From the NCBI GenBank assembly GCA_035221665.1, contig CM069131.1, positions 132,122,001-132,186,000 on the forward strand: a stretch of DNA of 64,000 nt, given 5' to 3'. The notes beneath the pieces are model-generated. The model did no database searches. It was not told the DNA's origin and worked only from the letters and a program-made list of their open reading frames with translations. The translations under genes were made by a program, and so were the position numbers. This DNA is from Okamejei kenojei. Lineage: Eukaryota. Shown piece by piece: positions 35,001 to 48,979 of this stretch. The stretch's first letter is position 1; each line of letters begins with the position of its first letter.

Positions 35001-37840
35001 AGGACATGTAGACCATTGTTAACAACCTTATGCTATTATCAGCTGAAGCTACCTCAGTCACAATGATGAAAAAACAGTATTCAGCATTGCTGAACATGAC
35101 AATAAACTCACTTGAAATTGAACTGGAACTTGCTCCAGTAGTTTGGTCGGTCGAATTCAGTTTTAACAAACTGATGCTAAGGACTCTAGGGTGAGAAGTT
35201 CCGAATACCATCTCTAGTTGGAGGTATTGGAGATTTGCCTGAGTTACCAATTCTTCAATTGTTGGCATCAACTAAATATATACACTAGATGCACCCCATG
35301 GGTAAGGGGCTATTGAGCAAATATACTTATTCTGCATGCTCAACTTCAAGTTGCTACTCTACGATGGTGACATATGTTAGTCACATGGCAGTCAAGTAAA
35401 AGTATCCTGTAATAATTTACCTAATCACCTTTGCAACTGGTGTATCATCCAGTTCAGATCGATGACAACACAGAATAGGTATTGGATCTCAAAGTATTAT
35501 GAAAGTATGGTTCAATGCTACATCAAATGTTGGTTCGTTTATTCACTGATTGGAAAAATATGTGGCACAACAGTGCGGAGAAATACATTCTCGCTACAAA
35601 AGGAGAAATGTTCTTTTATGTCTTCCTCCATTTTTTGCCTCATTAGCTGGGTCTTAAAACAGTCAGCAAGACCTCGCTTGGGTTCATACTGTCGGACTGG
35701 CTATGCAGCCATGTTGCCTGCTTCATCAGGCATAATAATACAACGGTATACGGTTATTCCAAAAAACAAAAACTTGCACTTTCAAACTGTGGTTCAGGAG
35801 ACCGGCCTTTGCATAATAAAACAATTATTGACTTACACATTTTGAATGGATTGACTTATGGCTCAGGTTGTCACATCAAGCCATGAATGTGCTCACTGCA
35901 GAGTGCAGGGATAGCACCCAAAAAAGCTGTACATTCCTATTGAGGGGATCGGAAGTGATTTTGTTTAAATGTTAATGTTACATTTAATATGGTACAGATT
36001 ACTGACATCTTCCAGTTTATTCTTAAATGGTATTTGACAATAATTCAGTTATAGAGACACTACAGCTGCTACAAACGGGAACCACTCTGTCGGGCTCAAC
36101 CCGGATATCGAGTTGTTAAAGAGATCTTGACACAAGTTCTCCCACTACAAGAATATGTAGTTGGTTATTGAAAATGTGTTAACATTACTTCACCAAGGGG
36201 TTGCAGCTACATCCTTAATTATGACACTAATATATTATCACAACGACGGCAAACGTTGCAAACGCTGTGGCTAGATAGGATGGAATTGGCTGCAGGTGCC
36301 ATTACATTTTACATTCTGATCTACACAAGCAGAGCAGACCAGGGGTGGCAGGATTTAAGATCATTTTTGGATACCCCACGGTCTCACGTCTATGTGGGAG
36401 GGCAGGCTTGCTATATTGTATCAAGGCCACCAGAATCCTAAGAAGTGTGGAATCAGCATTGTTTATTAATCAACAAACAACTACACAAAGGAAAGTCGGT
36501 TCAGACTATTTCAAGGTGGCTACAGCAGGTTCTGGGTTATGCAGGTATTAACACTGACGATTGTATATCTCATTCCACCAGGTCAGCATCAATGTCAGCG
36601 GCCAGGGCATGCCCATCGACCATATCCTCATGACCGCAGGATGGTCAACTAAATTGATTTTAAAATTTTTACCATAGGCCGGTTACTGACGTGGGGTTTT
36701 GCCCATTCTGTTTTGCATCCACTTTAGCCTCCCCTGAGTTACAGGGGTTGCTATTGATTTCTTTATTAACGTAAACTATTAATACATTTGAATCAATATC
36801 ATGCTTAATGCATTTTTGATTATTCACTCGTCCTGAGTCAATCGATGCAGTGAGAACCCGAGATTTGGATCTGCGGCATGAACTCACAAAGCTTCGAACT
36901 CTTCACGGAATCACTCAAGTGACTCCAAATTAAAATAGTAAGATTAAACGAGAACTTACCAGTTTGAAGTTTGATCTTGATTTTAAGAGGAGCTATGTTG
37001 GTGATTACGTGCCCTCCACGACCAACCCTCTCTCATAAAGATCATCTGGTAGTTCTCGAGTCACGCATCTTACTATTTCACCGGTGATTGTTATTTGTGA
37101 TTTCACACCGCTGCTTTGAAGATTGACGCACTTGTGGCCTGGACGGGGTTCTTCACGTAATCACCAACGTAACTCTTCATAAAATCAAGATCAAACTTCA
37201 AACGGGTAAGTTCTCATTTAATCTTTACTATTCCACAAATAGGGTGAAAAAGTGAAAAATAGTGAAAAATCTGGGTGAAAAAGTTTTTTCTCACCTCAGT
37301 CCTAAGTGGCCTCTCCTTTATTCTAAGACTGTGGTCCCTGGTTCTGGACTCATCCAACATTGGGAACATTTTTCCTGCATCTAGGCTGTCCAGTCCTTTT
37401 ATAATTGTATATGTTTCTATAAGATCCCCCTTATCCTTCTAAACTCCAGTGGTTACAAGCCTAGTCTGTTCAATCTTTCCTCATATGACAGTCCCGCCAT
37501 CCCAGGGATCAATGTCGTGAACCTATGCTGCACTGCCTCAATCACAAGGATGTCCTTCTTCAAATTAGGAGTCCAAAACTGTACACAATACTCCAGATGT
37601 GGTCTTACCAGAGCCCTGTACAACTGCAGAAGAACCTCTCTACTCCAGTATAACCCTCTTGTTATGAAGGCTAACATTCCATTAGCTTTCTTCACTGCCT
37701 GCCATACCTGCACGCCAACGTCGGTGACCGATGTACAAGGACACCCAGGTCTCACTGTACCTCCCCCTTACCTAACCTACCCCATAGAGATAATAATCTG
37801 CCCCCTTGTTTTTGCCACCAAAGTGGATAACCTCCCAGAT
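32083..37840 (-). mobile_element. CR1 3' end hosting the DIRS insertion (32083-32288 and 37231-37840)
   Basis: ggcagggaatt | ccacaaat rejoins the CR1 sequence seen at ~26190-26210; ORF 37453..37755. Confidence 0.8.
32289..37230 (+). mobile_element. DIRS1-like tyrosine-recombinase retrotransposon, full-length, coding regions degraded
   Basis: Left ITR ~32289-32350 is inverted at ~37123-37164; ICR ~36900-37011 is complementary to both ends; YR catalytic motifs HSTRSAS...ILMTAGWS...FYHRP at ~36570-36685; methylase-like Y.FPP at ~35615. Confidence 0.9.
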
Positions 37841-37989
37841 AACTAAAATGACATCATGTTAATGGCTGCACTTCTGTTTTTAGTAATTCATTTGATTCTT
37901 CCAATATCCCTTTGCATATGCACACTGTCCCTCCTATAATTTGTTTGGAATCATTTGCTGCAATTAACAACATCACCGTTCCCCATCCT

Positions 37990-38290
37990 CTCGTGCAGCT
38001 GGTAGAGCTATCACACCAAAGTGCCAGAGATTCAATCCTGACCTTCGGCGCTCTCTGCATGGAGTTTGCACGTTCTTCCTGCGACTACCTAGGCTTCCTT
38101 TGGATGCTCCAATTTACTCTATCTCAAAGATGTGCAGATTGGCAGTTGTAAATTTGTAGATTGGTGCTGTAAATTTTCCCTGGTGTGTAGGTGTGGTAGA
38201 ATCTTGAGGGAAATTGATGGGAATGCAGGGAGAATTAAAAAAAGTTGTGTCAGTGTAGGAACAGTAAAAATGTGTAGTTGGTGTGGATTC
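37990..38290 (+). mobile_element. Degraded V-SINE (HE1-like)
   Basis: tRNA-like head gtgcagctggtagagct, then the V-domain tgcatggagtttgcacgttct. Confidence 0.6.
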
Positions 38291-38819
38291 AGTAGGCTTC
38301 TTCTTATCGAATCCACATCACAAGATTAGAAATTGTTCAGCCAGAGCTGAACACACTTCTCGACATCTTCATACAATGGCGTATTGCGCTTCTTGCGTTG
38401 CTTGTGCTTCATGTGCGTAATGGTGGACAGATTGGTGGAAACGGGGCCATGATGTGAATACTCTTTCCTTGACCCTTTCGGTAGGCTGAAGGATCTGTTT
38501 CCATGCTGAATGACACGATGATTCTGTGAAGCTCAGTGCCTCTCTAAGAGTCATTCTTTTTTGAAGAATCAGTGACAGTTTTCTCTGTATCTTTAACACT
38601 TCCTGTTAATGGATGAAAGATACAATCTTAATAAATATAATTTTAAGTGAGGGAATGAAAACATTTAAACTTTCCAGCATTTGTCTTTGGCTGTTGAAAC
38701 AAGCCATTAGGTTCCAAGTGTAAATAAACAACTTATACAACTTATTGTTCTGTTTTACCACAGTATGATGAGGACAGGTTAGTTGAAAGATCAAGTACCC
38801 AAGTGGTGTTGACTTCTTA

Positions 38820-39056
38820 AGGGCCTGCCCCACTTGGGCGTCATTTGCGCATCACACAGGTGGCGCGCGAAGATTTTGTGAATCCCAAAATCCTGGGGCA
38901 CCGCGCGCGAGCACACGTCACTGCCTATGTCACTGCCTACGTCACCACGCACTATGTGCATGTAATGCACGCCATGCGCGCATCACGTGCGCATCACGAC
39001 GTGTAAATTATAGCTCGTAAATGACGCACAAATTACTCCCAAGTGGGACAGGCCCT
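38820..39056. mobile_element. PIF/Harbinger-type MITE
   Basis: TIRs agggcctgYcccacttggg / cccaagtgggacaggccct with TTA target-site duplications at 38817-38819 and 39057-39059. Confidence 0.85.
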
Positions 39057-42000
39057 TTACTGTCACGCAGCTGCTCAGTTTATCACAGACTGCAGCCTGC
39101 ATTCAAAGTCTCAGCCTGTTTGATTCTCTCAAGGCATAATGGGAAGCTGCGCTTTATGGTCAATTTTTGGACTGAATGCAAAACTTGCTTCTACTGCCTA
39201 GTGCTTGCACAGCCTTCCAGCCCAGTTAATGTACAGGCAGCCACTCTTCCTGCTGAGGTGGCATGGCGGCACCGCGGTAGAGTTGCTTCCTTATGGTGCC
39301 AGAAAACTGGGTTTGATCCTGACTACCCGGTGGGCCGAAGGGCCTGTTTCCGCACTGAATCTCTAAACTAAACTATTACCACAAGTAGCAAGTGCTCTCA
39401 AAACCTCCATATTTAGCTTTGCTTACTTTGCAAAACACTTGTCTTTGCTCTTCAAACAAAAACACATAAAATATTTTTGTTCGTAGCTTGTAAGATCAAA
39501 ATAAGATCACAGCAAAGTAATAAGGACAATATTTTTGCAGTGAGACACATGAATAGTTTATCTAATAAGTAAATTTAGTGGACTGGTTTCTGAGTGTTAG
39601 AACTGCCAGATAATGAGAGTTAACGTCTGTAATAATTACAATGGGAAAAGGAACCAATAAGGTATCAAATTCCCCATAGAGCCCTTGCCTCAGCGCAGAG
39701 GGAGATCAAGGAGGGAAGAAGATAAAGACTTTAAGACTTTTGCCTTCCACCACATTGAGGAGGTGCCTGGTGAACTCACTGTGGTGGATGTTAAATATGT
39801 GTTTATTGTGTGTTTTTTTATTATATGTTATGACTGCAAGGTAACGAAGTTTTGTTCAGACCGAAAGGTCTGAATGACAATAAAGGATACTTTACTTTTA
39901 CTTTACTTCAGTACAGGTAGTTCTGCTATAATATGATAGTTGTGTCCGTGAGAAAGCTCATTGTATAAAATCACCCTATAGAAACAATTATGTCAAAGGG
40001 GAAATGGGGTTTTGTGGCTAAAGAGACTTGCAATAACAAAGTTATTTTTCCCGAAGAGTTGTAAAAAATAATGGTATTTTTAATAAGTTTAAGTTTATTT
40101 TTGTGACTGCAAGCAAAAGATACTAAAGGTTGTCTGTGTATTGTTACTGCAAACTAAAAATACTAAAGGCTGAATGTTACATTGTTTAATAGAGTATCAT
40201 TGCACAAGTGTCAAAGGAAGCGATTGCTTGTCAGTTTCAATAACCACCCACAGGGAAACTAGTTGTGTTCTCAAGAGACAATGGTTACTGCGAGGAAGTT
40301 GCATGGAAACACCCTGGACTTGTTTTTCCAAAACAGCTGTTTTTTCCTGTTTGTCAGTTTCCTAAGTGATTTTTGAGTAGTTTTCTAGCTTCTATCGGAA
40401 TCGCATTATAACTAATTCAACAATCCATCACGTGATTTAAATCCAATTTGGGTTGTAGAAACATGTGTTATAGCAATTAAATCATTTGTAACTCCTCATG
40501 AAAAGAAATTAAATCATTTGTGCAAGACTCTAGTTTTTGTGGCATTGGGTAAACTCAATGTCAAGATATACGATCTACACTCTGGGGAATTATACAATCA
40601 TACATCCACGTAATTGCATGCATAAGAAGTACAGCTATGTAATAGCACATAATGCACTATTGTTCTGCCTTCATACCTGTCTCTGCCCTGAATGACAGCC
40701 TGATACCCCACGCTTGCCATCCCCTTCCCCAACTGTCCATGCGGACTCACCTCTCTCATATCAGGCCCAACCCCACTATCTTACCCAGGTGCTAGTGTTC
40801 AGCAACTCTCCATATGATGTCAAATCCATTGCTTGTTTCCCATCCACTACCCCCCATGTCAGGGTCAGTGCTCGTCCCATCCGTCACCAACCTTCCTGGC
40901 AACCTCCACCACCCCGAACCAGGCAACATGCCATGCCTGCTGCATGTTAATTCCACCACTTTCACTTCATCGCAGTCAGTCTCAGATCTTTTCCATCCTT
41001 CCCATTATCACAATGGCAAAGGCTGTTTGCATTCACATGGCTAGCCCTGCTGAATTCCAGGATTTTTGCTTTGGTCTCTGAGTGTTGTTTTTATTCAAAG
41101 AAAGAAAGAGAGCCTGTAAGAATGGAAATGTTTGCAACAAAGTTGAGGCATGGTTAGGAAGGGATGGTGGGTGAAAGAGGGAGAGAGCGGGTCATTTGAA
41201 GGATAATTTATGATAAGAATGATGGGGGGAAGGGTAAGTGAGGGAGAGGGGATAGGCACAAAATGCTGGAGTAACTCAGTGGGACAGGCAGCATCTCTGG
41301 ATTGAAGGAATGGGAGATGGAACATCAGGAAGGAAGAAAGAGAAGGAGACAGGATAACACAGCATAACAAACAGAAGCATGAATTGACCATTTGTCCCCT
41401 CTTTCCGACCACCATTCAGTAAGAGTATAACTGAACTTGCACCTTAGTGCCAATGACTTTTGCCTTAATATCAAAATATGTATCCATACATGTCTTGAAT
41501 ATATTCAGTGGCTGAGCCCCCACAGTCCTCTTGGGAAACACACTGTAGAAATGGTTACTCCAGAGTAAGCTGGAAATGGGTCAAAACTACGCAGACAAAG
41601 GAAAGCAGACGGGTAACCCTGGAAGCCTCGTTGAGCATCTCACGCAACAACTGTTTTCCTATGGTGCTGAACGTTGTCGTGGGGAGTGCTGCCAATGGCA
41701 AGTTCACGGCACGGCTGTGGCTCAGCTACACGTGGACAGAGGAGCAAATGTCTGAAGTTAATACGTGAGTCAATACTGAGGAGCATAGACAGGAGCACCA
41801 GTGGCTGTTGATATGAATCCACAATAGTCTGAGGTCACCGTGGTGTAAGGGTTAGTCTCAGGACATTTTTTTAGATGTAACTAACAAGAGAAGTCAACAG
41901 TCAGAGGTCATGGTTCACTTTGGTACTAATGACATAGGTAATGTCATCCGGGATGAGGTCCTGCAACTTAGATTAAAGGAGCAAGGTAGCAGATTAAAAA

Positions 42001-42649
42001 GCAGGATGTGGAAGGTTGTTGGATTATTTTGAGTGTCACATGCTGGAGAGTATAGGAAGAGCAGGACAGGTCAGATAAATGGGTGGCCAAAGAAATGGTA
42101 CTGGAAGGATGGATTTGGGTTTTTTTGGAGCACTGGGAGTCATAGAGTCATGCAGCATAGAAGCAGACCATTTGGCCCACCTTGTCCATGCAATCCATGC
42201 TGCCCCATCTAAGATATTCCCATTTACCCACACTTGGCCCAAATCCCTTTCAACCTTTCCTATCCATTTCCTCATTAAGTATCTTTAAAATGTTATAATA
42301 CTTGCCTCAAATGCTTCACCTGGCAGCTCGTTCCATATACCCACCACCTTCTGTATGAAAAAGTTGCCCTTCGGGTTCCTATTAAATCTTTCCCCTCTCA
42401 CCTTAAACCTATGTCTCTGGTTCTTGATTCCCCTACTCTGGGTAAAAGTAAAACTCAGTGCATTCCCCAATCTATTCCCCTCTTGATTTGATACATCTCT
42501 ATAAGATCACCTCTCATCCTCCTGCACTCCAATGAATAAAGTCCTCGCCTGCACAATCTCTCCCTATAGCTCATGCCCTCAGGCCCAGACTACATCATTG
42601 CAAATCTTCTCTGCACCCTTTCCAGCCAAATGGCAACTTTCCTATACCA

Positions 42650-43417
42650 GAGGACCTCCTACAAATATGTTGAAGACCTCCTTCGACTATGTAGAAGACC
42701 TCTTTCGATCTCCATCGACTATGTTGAAGAGTAGCCTCGACTATCTACGATTTACTTGGCGATGCTCTCTGGAAAATTGGACCTCGAATAGTGGAGAGTG
42801 AAGGGGATGTCCCACTGCGGCGACCAAATTGGCGAGCTTAGAAGAGTTTAGGAGAGTTTGAAAAAGTGTCATGTTGAAGATCTCCTTCAACTATGTAGAA
42901 GACCTCCTTCGATCTCCTTTGACTATGTTGAAGACTAGCTTCGACAAGCTTCGGGAAAATTGGACACCGAATAGTGGAGAGTGAAGATGAGCTCCTTTGA
43001 TCTTCGACCTCCCTTCGACTATGTTGAAGACAATCTACGACTACCTTCGACTACCCTCGATTACCTACGAATAACATGCCGACCTACTACGACCTACTTC
43101 GACTAAACCTACGAGTTAAAAAAGTTATCGTTTTTTTTCCATGGCGACCTTTTTTTACTCGCGGACATTTTTCAGCATGTTGAAAAATACGCTGCGACTT
43201 AGCTGAGGCCTCGAGTACGCGCGGACTACTCTAGAGCATGAAAGAGAGTTACAAAGGCCTCCTAGGACCTCGTGTCAACCATGCTGCGGGTATGAGTCGA
43301 GGGCAAACTCTTCTCAACTCGCCAATTAGGTTGCCTTGAAGGACCTGTCCCACTGCGGGGACCTAATTCGAAGGTCGAAGACAGTCGCTGAAAAGTCGCG
43401 TTAGTGGGACAGGCCCT
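42650..43417. mobile_element. Harbinger-type non-autonomous element with internal cgact/ctacga repeats, inside a minus-strand CR1
   Basis: Right end agtgggacaggccct followed by TAA, like 38820-39056; internal tgtcccactgcgg copies at ~42808 and ~43346; left end unclear. Confidence 0.6.
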
Positions 43418-44120
43418 TAATTCTTGATAATCATCTTCACTCTCTACTATACCACCTATTTTACTGTCATCTGCAAACTTATTAATCATGCCTTAGACAT
43501 TCTCAATTTTCTGGGAAGTTGGGACAAGCTGAAGCTTAACTGGAACAGTACCCAACATTGTTGGAGGGGAGGTTTACATGAGCTTTTCTGGGGACGGGAG
43601 CCTTAAATTTATTTACCAGGGCAATGAGACACGGAATAGTACAATAGAGGACGATGAACATAGAAGGAAGTCTAAGTCTCGAGGCACACGGGACAATGCA
43701 TGATTGGATGCATATATTTTAACACAGTCAAACAAATAATGTTGTTGAACTTAGGGCAGTGATTAACACATATTATAGACAGCACAGGGGCACGATTGAA
43801 AGATAAGCATGGCTGGGAACTCAGTTTTACAGTGCAGAGAACCTACAGGCAGATTGAATGGAGCGGGGTGGAAATTTTTAAAGATGGAGCATTGCAACAT
43901 TAATCAAGTAGTCTGGTACTGCAGTAAAGATGAAGGACACTACAGGCCTCCAAATAATCAGTGGGAGAGATTGACGAGCAGATATAGGCAAATCACAGGG
44001 AAAATGTGATAGGATTACAAGAAAAGAAAATCTTAAATTCCCCTCATCTCAGAGAGAAAAAAATTCAAAAATTATAATGTGCTTCCCAGAGACTTTTTAA
44101 GTAACTACATAGGTAGTCCA

Positions 44121-44750
44121 ATAGGACTCTCCCCTCCCGTCTCTCTACACCAATGACTGCACCTCCTCTGACTCCTCTGTCAAGCTTCTCAAGTTTGCAG
44201 CCAACACAATCCTGATTGGACTGATCCAGGATGGGGAGGAATCTGCCTACAGACAGGAAGTGACACAGCTGGCGTCCTGGTGCCATCGCAACAACCTGGA
44301 GCTCAATGCTCTTAAGACATTTAGGAGAGCTCCCCCACCCCTCACCATCAACAACGCCACAGTCACATCTGTGGAGTCTTTTAAGTTCCTGGGAACCATC
44401 ATCTCCAAGGACCTTAAATGGGGGAGGCCACCATTGACTCCACAGTCAAAAAGGCACAAAAGAGGATGTACTTCCTACGGCAGCTGAGGAAGCACAATCT
44501 GCCACAGGCAATGATGGTCCAATTTTATATGGCAATCATAGAGTCTGTCCTCACCTTCTCCATCATGGTCTGGTTTGGCTCACCCACCAAGCATGACATC
44601 CGGAGGTTGCAGCGAATCGTCCGATCAGCTGAGAAGGTTGTTGGCCACAACCTTACCTCCATTGATGAACTGTACACTGCAAGGGCCAGGAAGCGAGGGG
44701 GTAAGATCATCTCTGACCCCTCTCACCCTGGCCACAAACTCTTTGAATAA
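44121..44750 (+). mobile_element. Rex1/Babar-type LINE fragment
   Basis: ORFs 44260..44487 and 44418..44750, closely similar to 1-700. Confidence 0.85.
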
Positions 44751-45900
44751 CTTTCATTTTTCTTGTTTTCAGTTTGACAATTCAGGACATGGAAAGTGGA
44801 CTGAGGCAGTTATTTGCAGATAACTCAAAAGGTAAGCAGTGGGAGGCATTCTAAATGAAATAGTGATAATTTAGTGCCAACATGTTCCCATAAAGGTGTA
44901 GGGTAAAGCCAACAAAGTCCAAGGAACCCTGGAAACCAATGATTATAGAAGGATGGATAAATTAAAAAGTTATAGTTTAAGGAGAACTAAAAACAGTTGA
45001 GAGATTACATGAACCTAGGACGTGCAAGAGGTTCTTAAACAAGTGTTTAGAATGTTGAAGAAGGGATATGAAATGGCACAGGTGGGCAAGATTAAGGAAC
45101 ATCCCAAAGAGCTTCATGCATATTAAGTATACCAAGGACACGAGGGTAACCAGGAAAACAGTAAGACCCAATAGAGACCAGTGGGGTATTCTGTGTATTG
45201 AGGTGCAGGACATGGGCAAGGTCTTAAACGAATACTTCTCATCTATATTCACTGAAGATATTGGATCTTAAAAAAAGGGATATTGCACTTCAAAATATAG
45301 GGGCCAGTGGAATGACAGAATAAATTACCATAAAAATAGTGGTATTAAATGAGATTTATAGGGGAATAAATCCTCAGGGCTTGAAGATGGGAAACCCAGG
45401 CTACATTGAGGGGCAAGGGAAGAGGTTGCTGGAGCTCTTAGATATATTCAACCCTTTTCTGACCACAGAAGAAGTACCAGGTGGCTGGAGGATAGAAAAT
45501 ATCGTACCTTTATTCATGAAAGATGGCACAGATAAGCCAGGTAATTGCAGATCAGTGAACTTACATTAGTGATGGGATAATTATTGGAAAATATTTGATG
45601 GGACAGTACTCATTTGCACTTGGAGAGACAGGGAATAGTCAGCAATAGACAGTTTGACTTTGTTAAGGGATGCTCCTGTCTATGTGAATGTTTTGATGGG
45701 GTGATTGCATCAATGAGGGTGATATGGTTGGTATAGTCTACCTGGTCTTCAGAAATGCCTTTGATAAGGTTCCAAATGGGAGACTGTTCTAAAAACTGAG
45801 ACCCCATTGGATCCATGATAATTTGATAAAGTAGTTGGTGATGGAAAGCAGGGAGCCGGGGTGAGAGTTATTTAAGTAATTGGAAGCTTGTGACCAGATT
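44751..45900 (+). mobile_element. Old CR1 ORF2 remnant
   Basis: KVLNEYFSSIFT, EVPGGWRIENIVPLFMK...PGNCR. Confidence 0.7.
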
Positions 45901-47029
45901 TCGAGAATTCCTTGGATACTTGACTAAAATTCACAGCAAATAATGTCATCATTTGTTTATGGATGGATGATAGTGGTGCATATTTTACCAAGATTGAATG
46001 CGTCAAAATGTATTTCAGCAAGTATCAGAGCATTTCATCAATAAATTGAGTCACACAAAGAGCATGGGAATAGGTCCCTCAGGCCATCGAGTCCTTGCTG
46101 ACCATCACCATCCTTTTACACTAATCCTACACAAGTTCCACATTTTATTTTCTCCACATTCTCATAAATTCATCCCTAGATTCTACCATACACTATGCAC
46201 TAGGGACTATTTACACGTACTAGTTTACCAACCTGCATACCTCAGAGATATGGGGAAAAAAATGCCGTATCCAGAGGAAACTCATGAGGTGAACATACAA
46301 ACTCCAAATGGACAGGCCCCGAGGTCAGGCTTGAACTGGGTATCTGACACTATGAGGTATGTTGGTGCCAAATTTCTGGATGTATAGATTTCAAAGTAGA
46401 GTTGGCAATGACCATACGAAGCTTCAAAATTACCAAACCATCTTGAGAAGGACGTAAACTATTAAAAAGAAAAGAAAATTATCCACAGATATGAATCTAA
46501 ATTTATTTGACCATAACAGTTCTTGGATGATATTGGCAAAAAAGGCAAAGATCTAGCAACAAAGAAAACATTAATTGATTCCAAAGATAGGAAGTTACAA
46601 TTTTTTCATTACTTTTCCAAGGACGGAGTTTAAAATAAAAATTCTCAGAAGAGAACAACAATTTCTTACAAAACAAGGGAATTTATATGGACAAGGTTGT
46701 TGCAAAGCTGCAAAATAACACTCCAGTAGGCACAACATTCTTTGACTTCCTTCTGCTACCATTCTGGATGAACCTGTGAGTTAATGGATACCTTCAATAA
46801 AAATAAATAGAATTTGAGTTTGCAAAACTGTGGTTGGTCATGAGGGTGCTGTAAGGGTAATTCTGATTGTTTAGGGGGGTGATTTTTATTTCCAAAGAGT
46901 GCGTGTCTTTTTATGAGGGACAGCATGCTCTGGCTGGGATTGTTGTCAGCAATTCACTCCTTAGCTGCAGAAATATTTTGTGCACTAGCACCCCTGAAAT
47001 TACCTCGTCCTCACCCCTGAAATAACCTC

Positions 47030-47765
47030 GTCCTCAACTCCCAGAAGACGAAGGAAATCATTGTCGACTTCAGGAAGAACAGAGGGGGCAGACACACCCC
47101 CATCCATATAAACGGGACTGAGGTGGAGCGGGTCTCCAACTACAAATTCCTCGGGGTACACATCTCGGAGGATCTGTCCTGGTCCCTCAACACCTCCAAG
47201 CTGATCAAAAAGGCGCAGCAGCACCTTTACTTCCTGAGGAGGCTCAAAAAAGCCCACCTGTCCCCCCAGATCCTGACCAACTTCTACCGATGTACCATCG
47301 AAAGCATCCTGACCACCTGCTTTACGGTATGGTACAGCAGTTGCACCATAGCAGACAGGAAGGCACTACAACGGGTGGTGAAAACCGCCCAGCACATCAT
47401 CGGTGCCCCGCTCCCTGCCATGGATGCCCTCCACCGAAAACGGTGTCTGAGACGGGTTGGGAAGATCATCAAGGACCCCTCCCATCCTAACCATGGACTG
47501 TTTGCCCTCCTACCATCGGGGAGGCGGTACAGGAGCCTCAGGTCCCGCACCAGCAGGATGAGGAGTAGCTTCTATAATAACACCATCGCACTGCTGAACT
47601 CGGAGTCCCGCCGATAGATTTCCACATCTGTATTTATTTATCTGTATTTACTTATACATTGCTATCACTTCGTACTGTCACTAAACCGCATTTCGTTGTA
47701 CCCATACTTGTATCTGTGCAATGACATTAAAGTTGAATTGAATTGAATTGAATTGAATTGAAATT
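47030..47765 (+). mobile_element. Rex1/Babar-type LINE 3' end, second subfamily
   Basis: ORF 47123..47617 (YKFLGVHISEDLSW...LYFLRRLKK...LLPSGRRYRS); (TTGAA)n tail at ~47733-47765. Confidence 0.85.
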
Positions 47766-48979
47766 ACAGCAACTATGTGCTGTGGAGTAAAGCTTGCAGG
47801 ATCCTGCTCATTTGAGTATTGGCTCTTCAGTCTAATCCATGACTCATCATCTCTTCTGGTGATGGGATTAGGAGGCAGAGATCAGCCATAGCGTAGTAAA
47901 CTCGATGGGCCGAATGGCCTAATTCTATGACATGAACTCATGTACACCTTCAGTTTTTTCTCTCCATCACTCTCTCTTTTTTTCAATGATTGTCCTTTCT
48001 TAACTGTTGTATGTGCATTTTATACCATTCATTATAAATGTGGAGGTAAGCTTTGGGTATATTTCAACTTACAGACATTGAAACCTAGCCAGCCAATTTT
48101 TCCCAATAACTCAAGGCCTCAAGTCCTGGTAACATCCTTGTAAATGTGACAGGCAACAGGGCATCCAGCATTACACCACTTATTTCAAGCCCCCAATCTG
48201 AAAATCAATTTCCAGCATTACCACTCTTCCACCAAGCCAATTATGTTTCCAATTGGCCACCTCATCCTGTGACCCATGTGATCTAACCTTCCAGATCATC
48301 CTACAATGTGGGGCATTGTCAAAAACATTACTGAAGTCCATATAGGACAAGTCTACTGCCCTCCCCTCATCAATCCTCTCAGACACCTTTTCAAAAAACT
48401 CCAACATATTTGTGAGAAATAATTTCCAATGTATAAAGCCACATCACTCATCAGTCTTTAATGGCTGAAGTACTGAAGAACTCTGTTCCAAAATATCTGT
48501 GCTTTGAGTTAAGGTGTTAAATGTGGTAAAATTGGCCAGATGTTTATGTTCACAAAAAAAAAACCCATATTCATATCCTGATAACTGTCACCCAATCACC
48601 CTCCTCTCAGAGCTCAGGAAGAAAATGAAAGCCTTTATTGAGGGTCCAATCTAGTGGCAATTACTCACCAATAATCTAGTCATTAATACACTGTCTGGAG
48701 TTCACCGAGACCACTCAGACTTCAACACATGAATCCTAAAGCTGACCTAGAAGAGAGGTAAGAGTAACTGCTCTTGATATCAAGGTTGTCGTTTGACACT
48801 TGTGAAAACAAGTCATCTGGTAAAACAATGGACATCAGAGTGAAAACACACTAATGAGTGCAGTCGTACCTTATATAAAGGAAATTGCTTTGGCTGTTGG
48901 AATACCTGCTGATTGTTTTAATTTTCATCAGCAAATAGGATGATCTAAATAGAGGTTCTGGAGATATTTAAACCCAGAA

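Noticed and set aside
39912-40475. Possible Tc1/mariner-like MITE (ta-caggtagttctgctataa...gttatagca)
   Set aside because: The right TIR is too degenerate to define ends or a TA duplication
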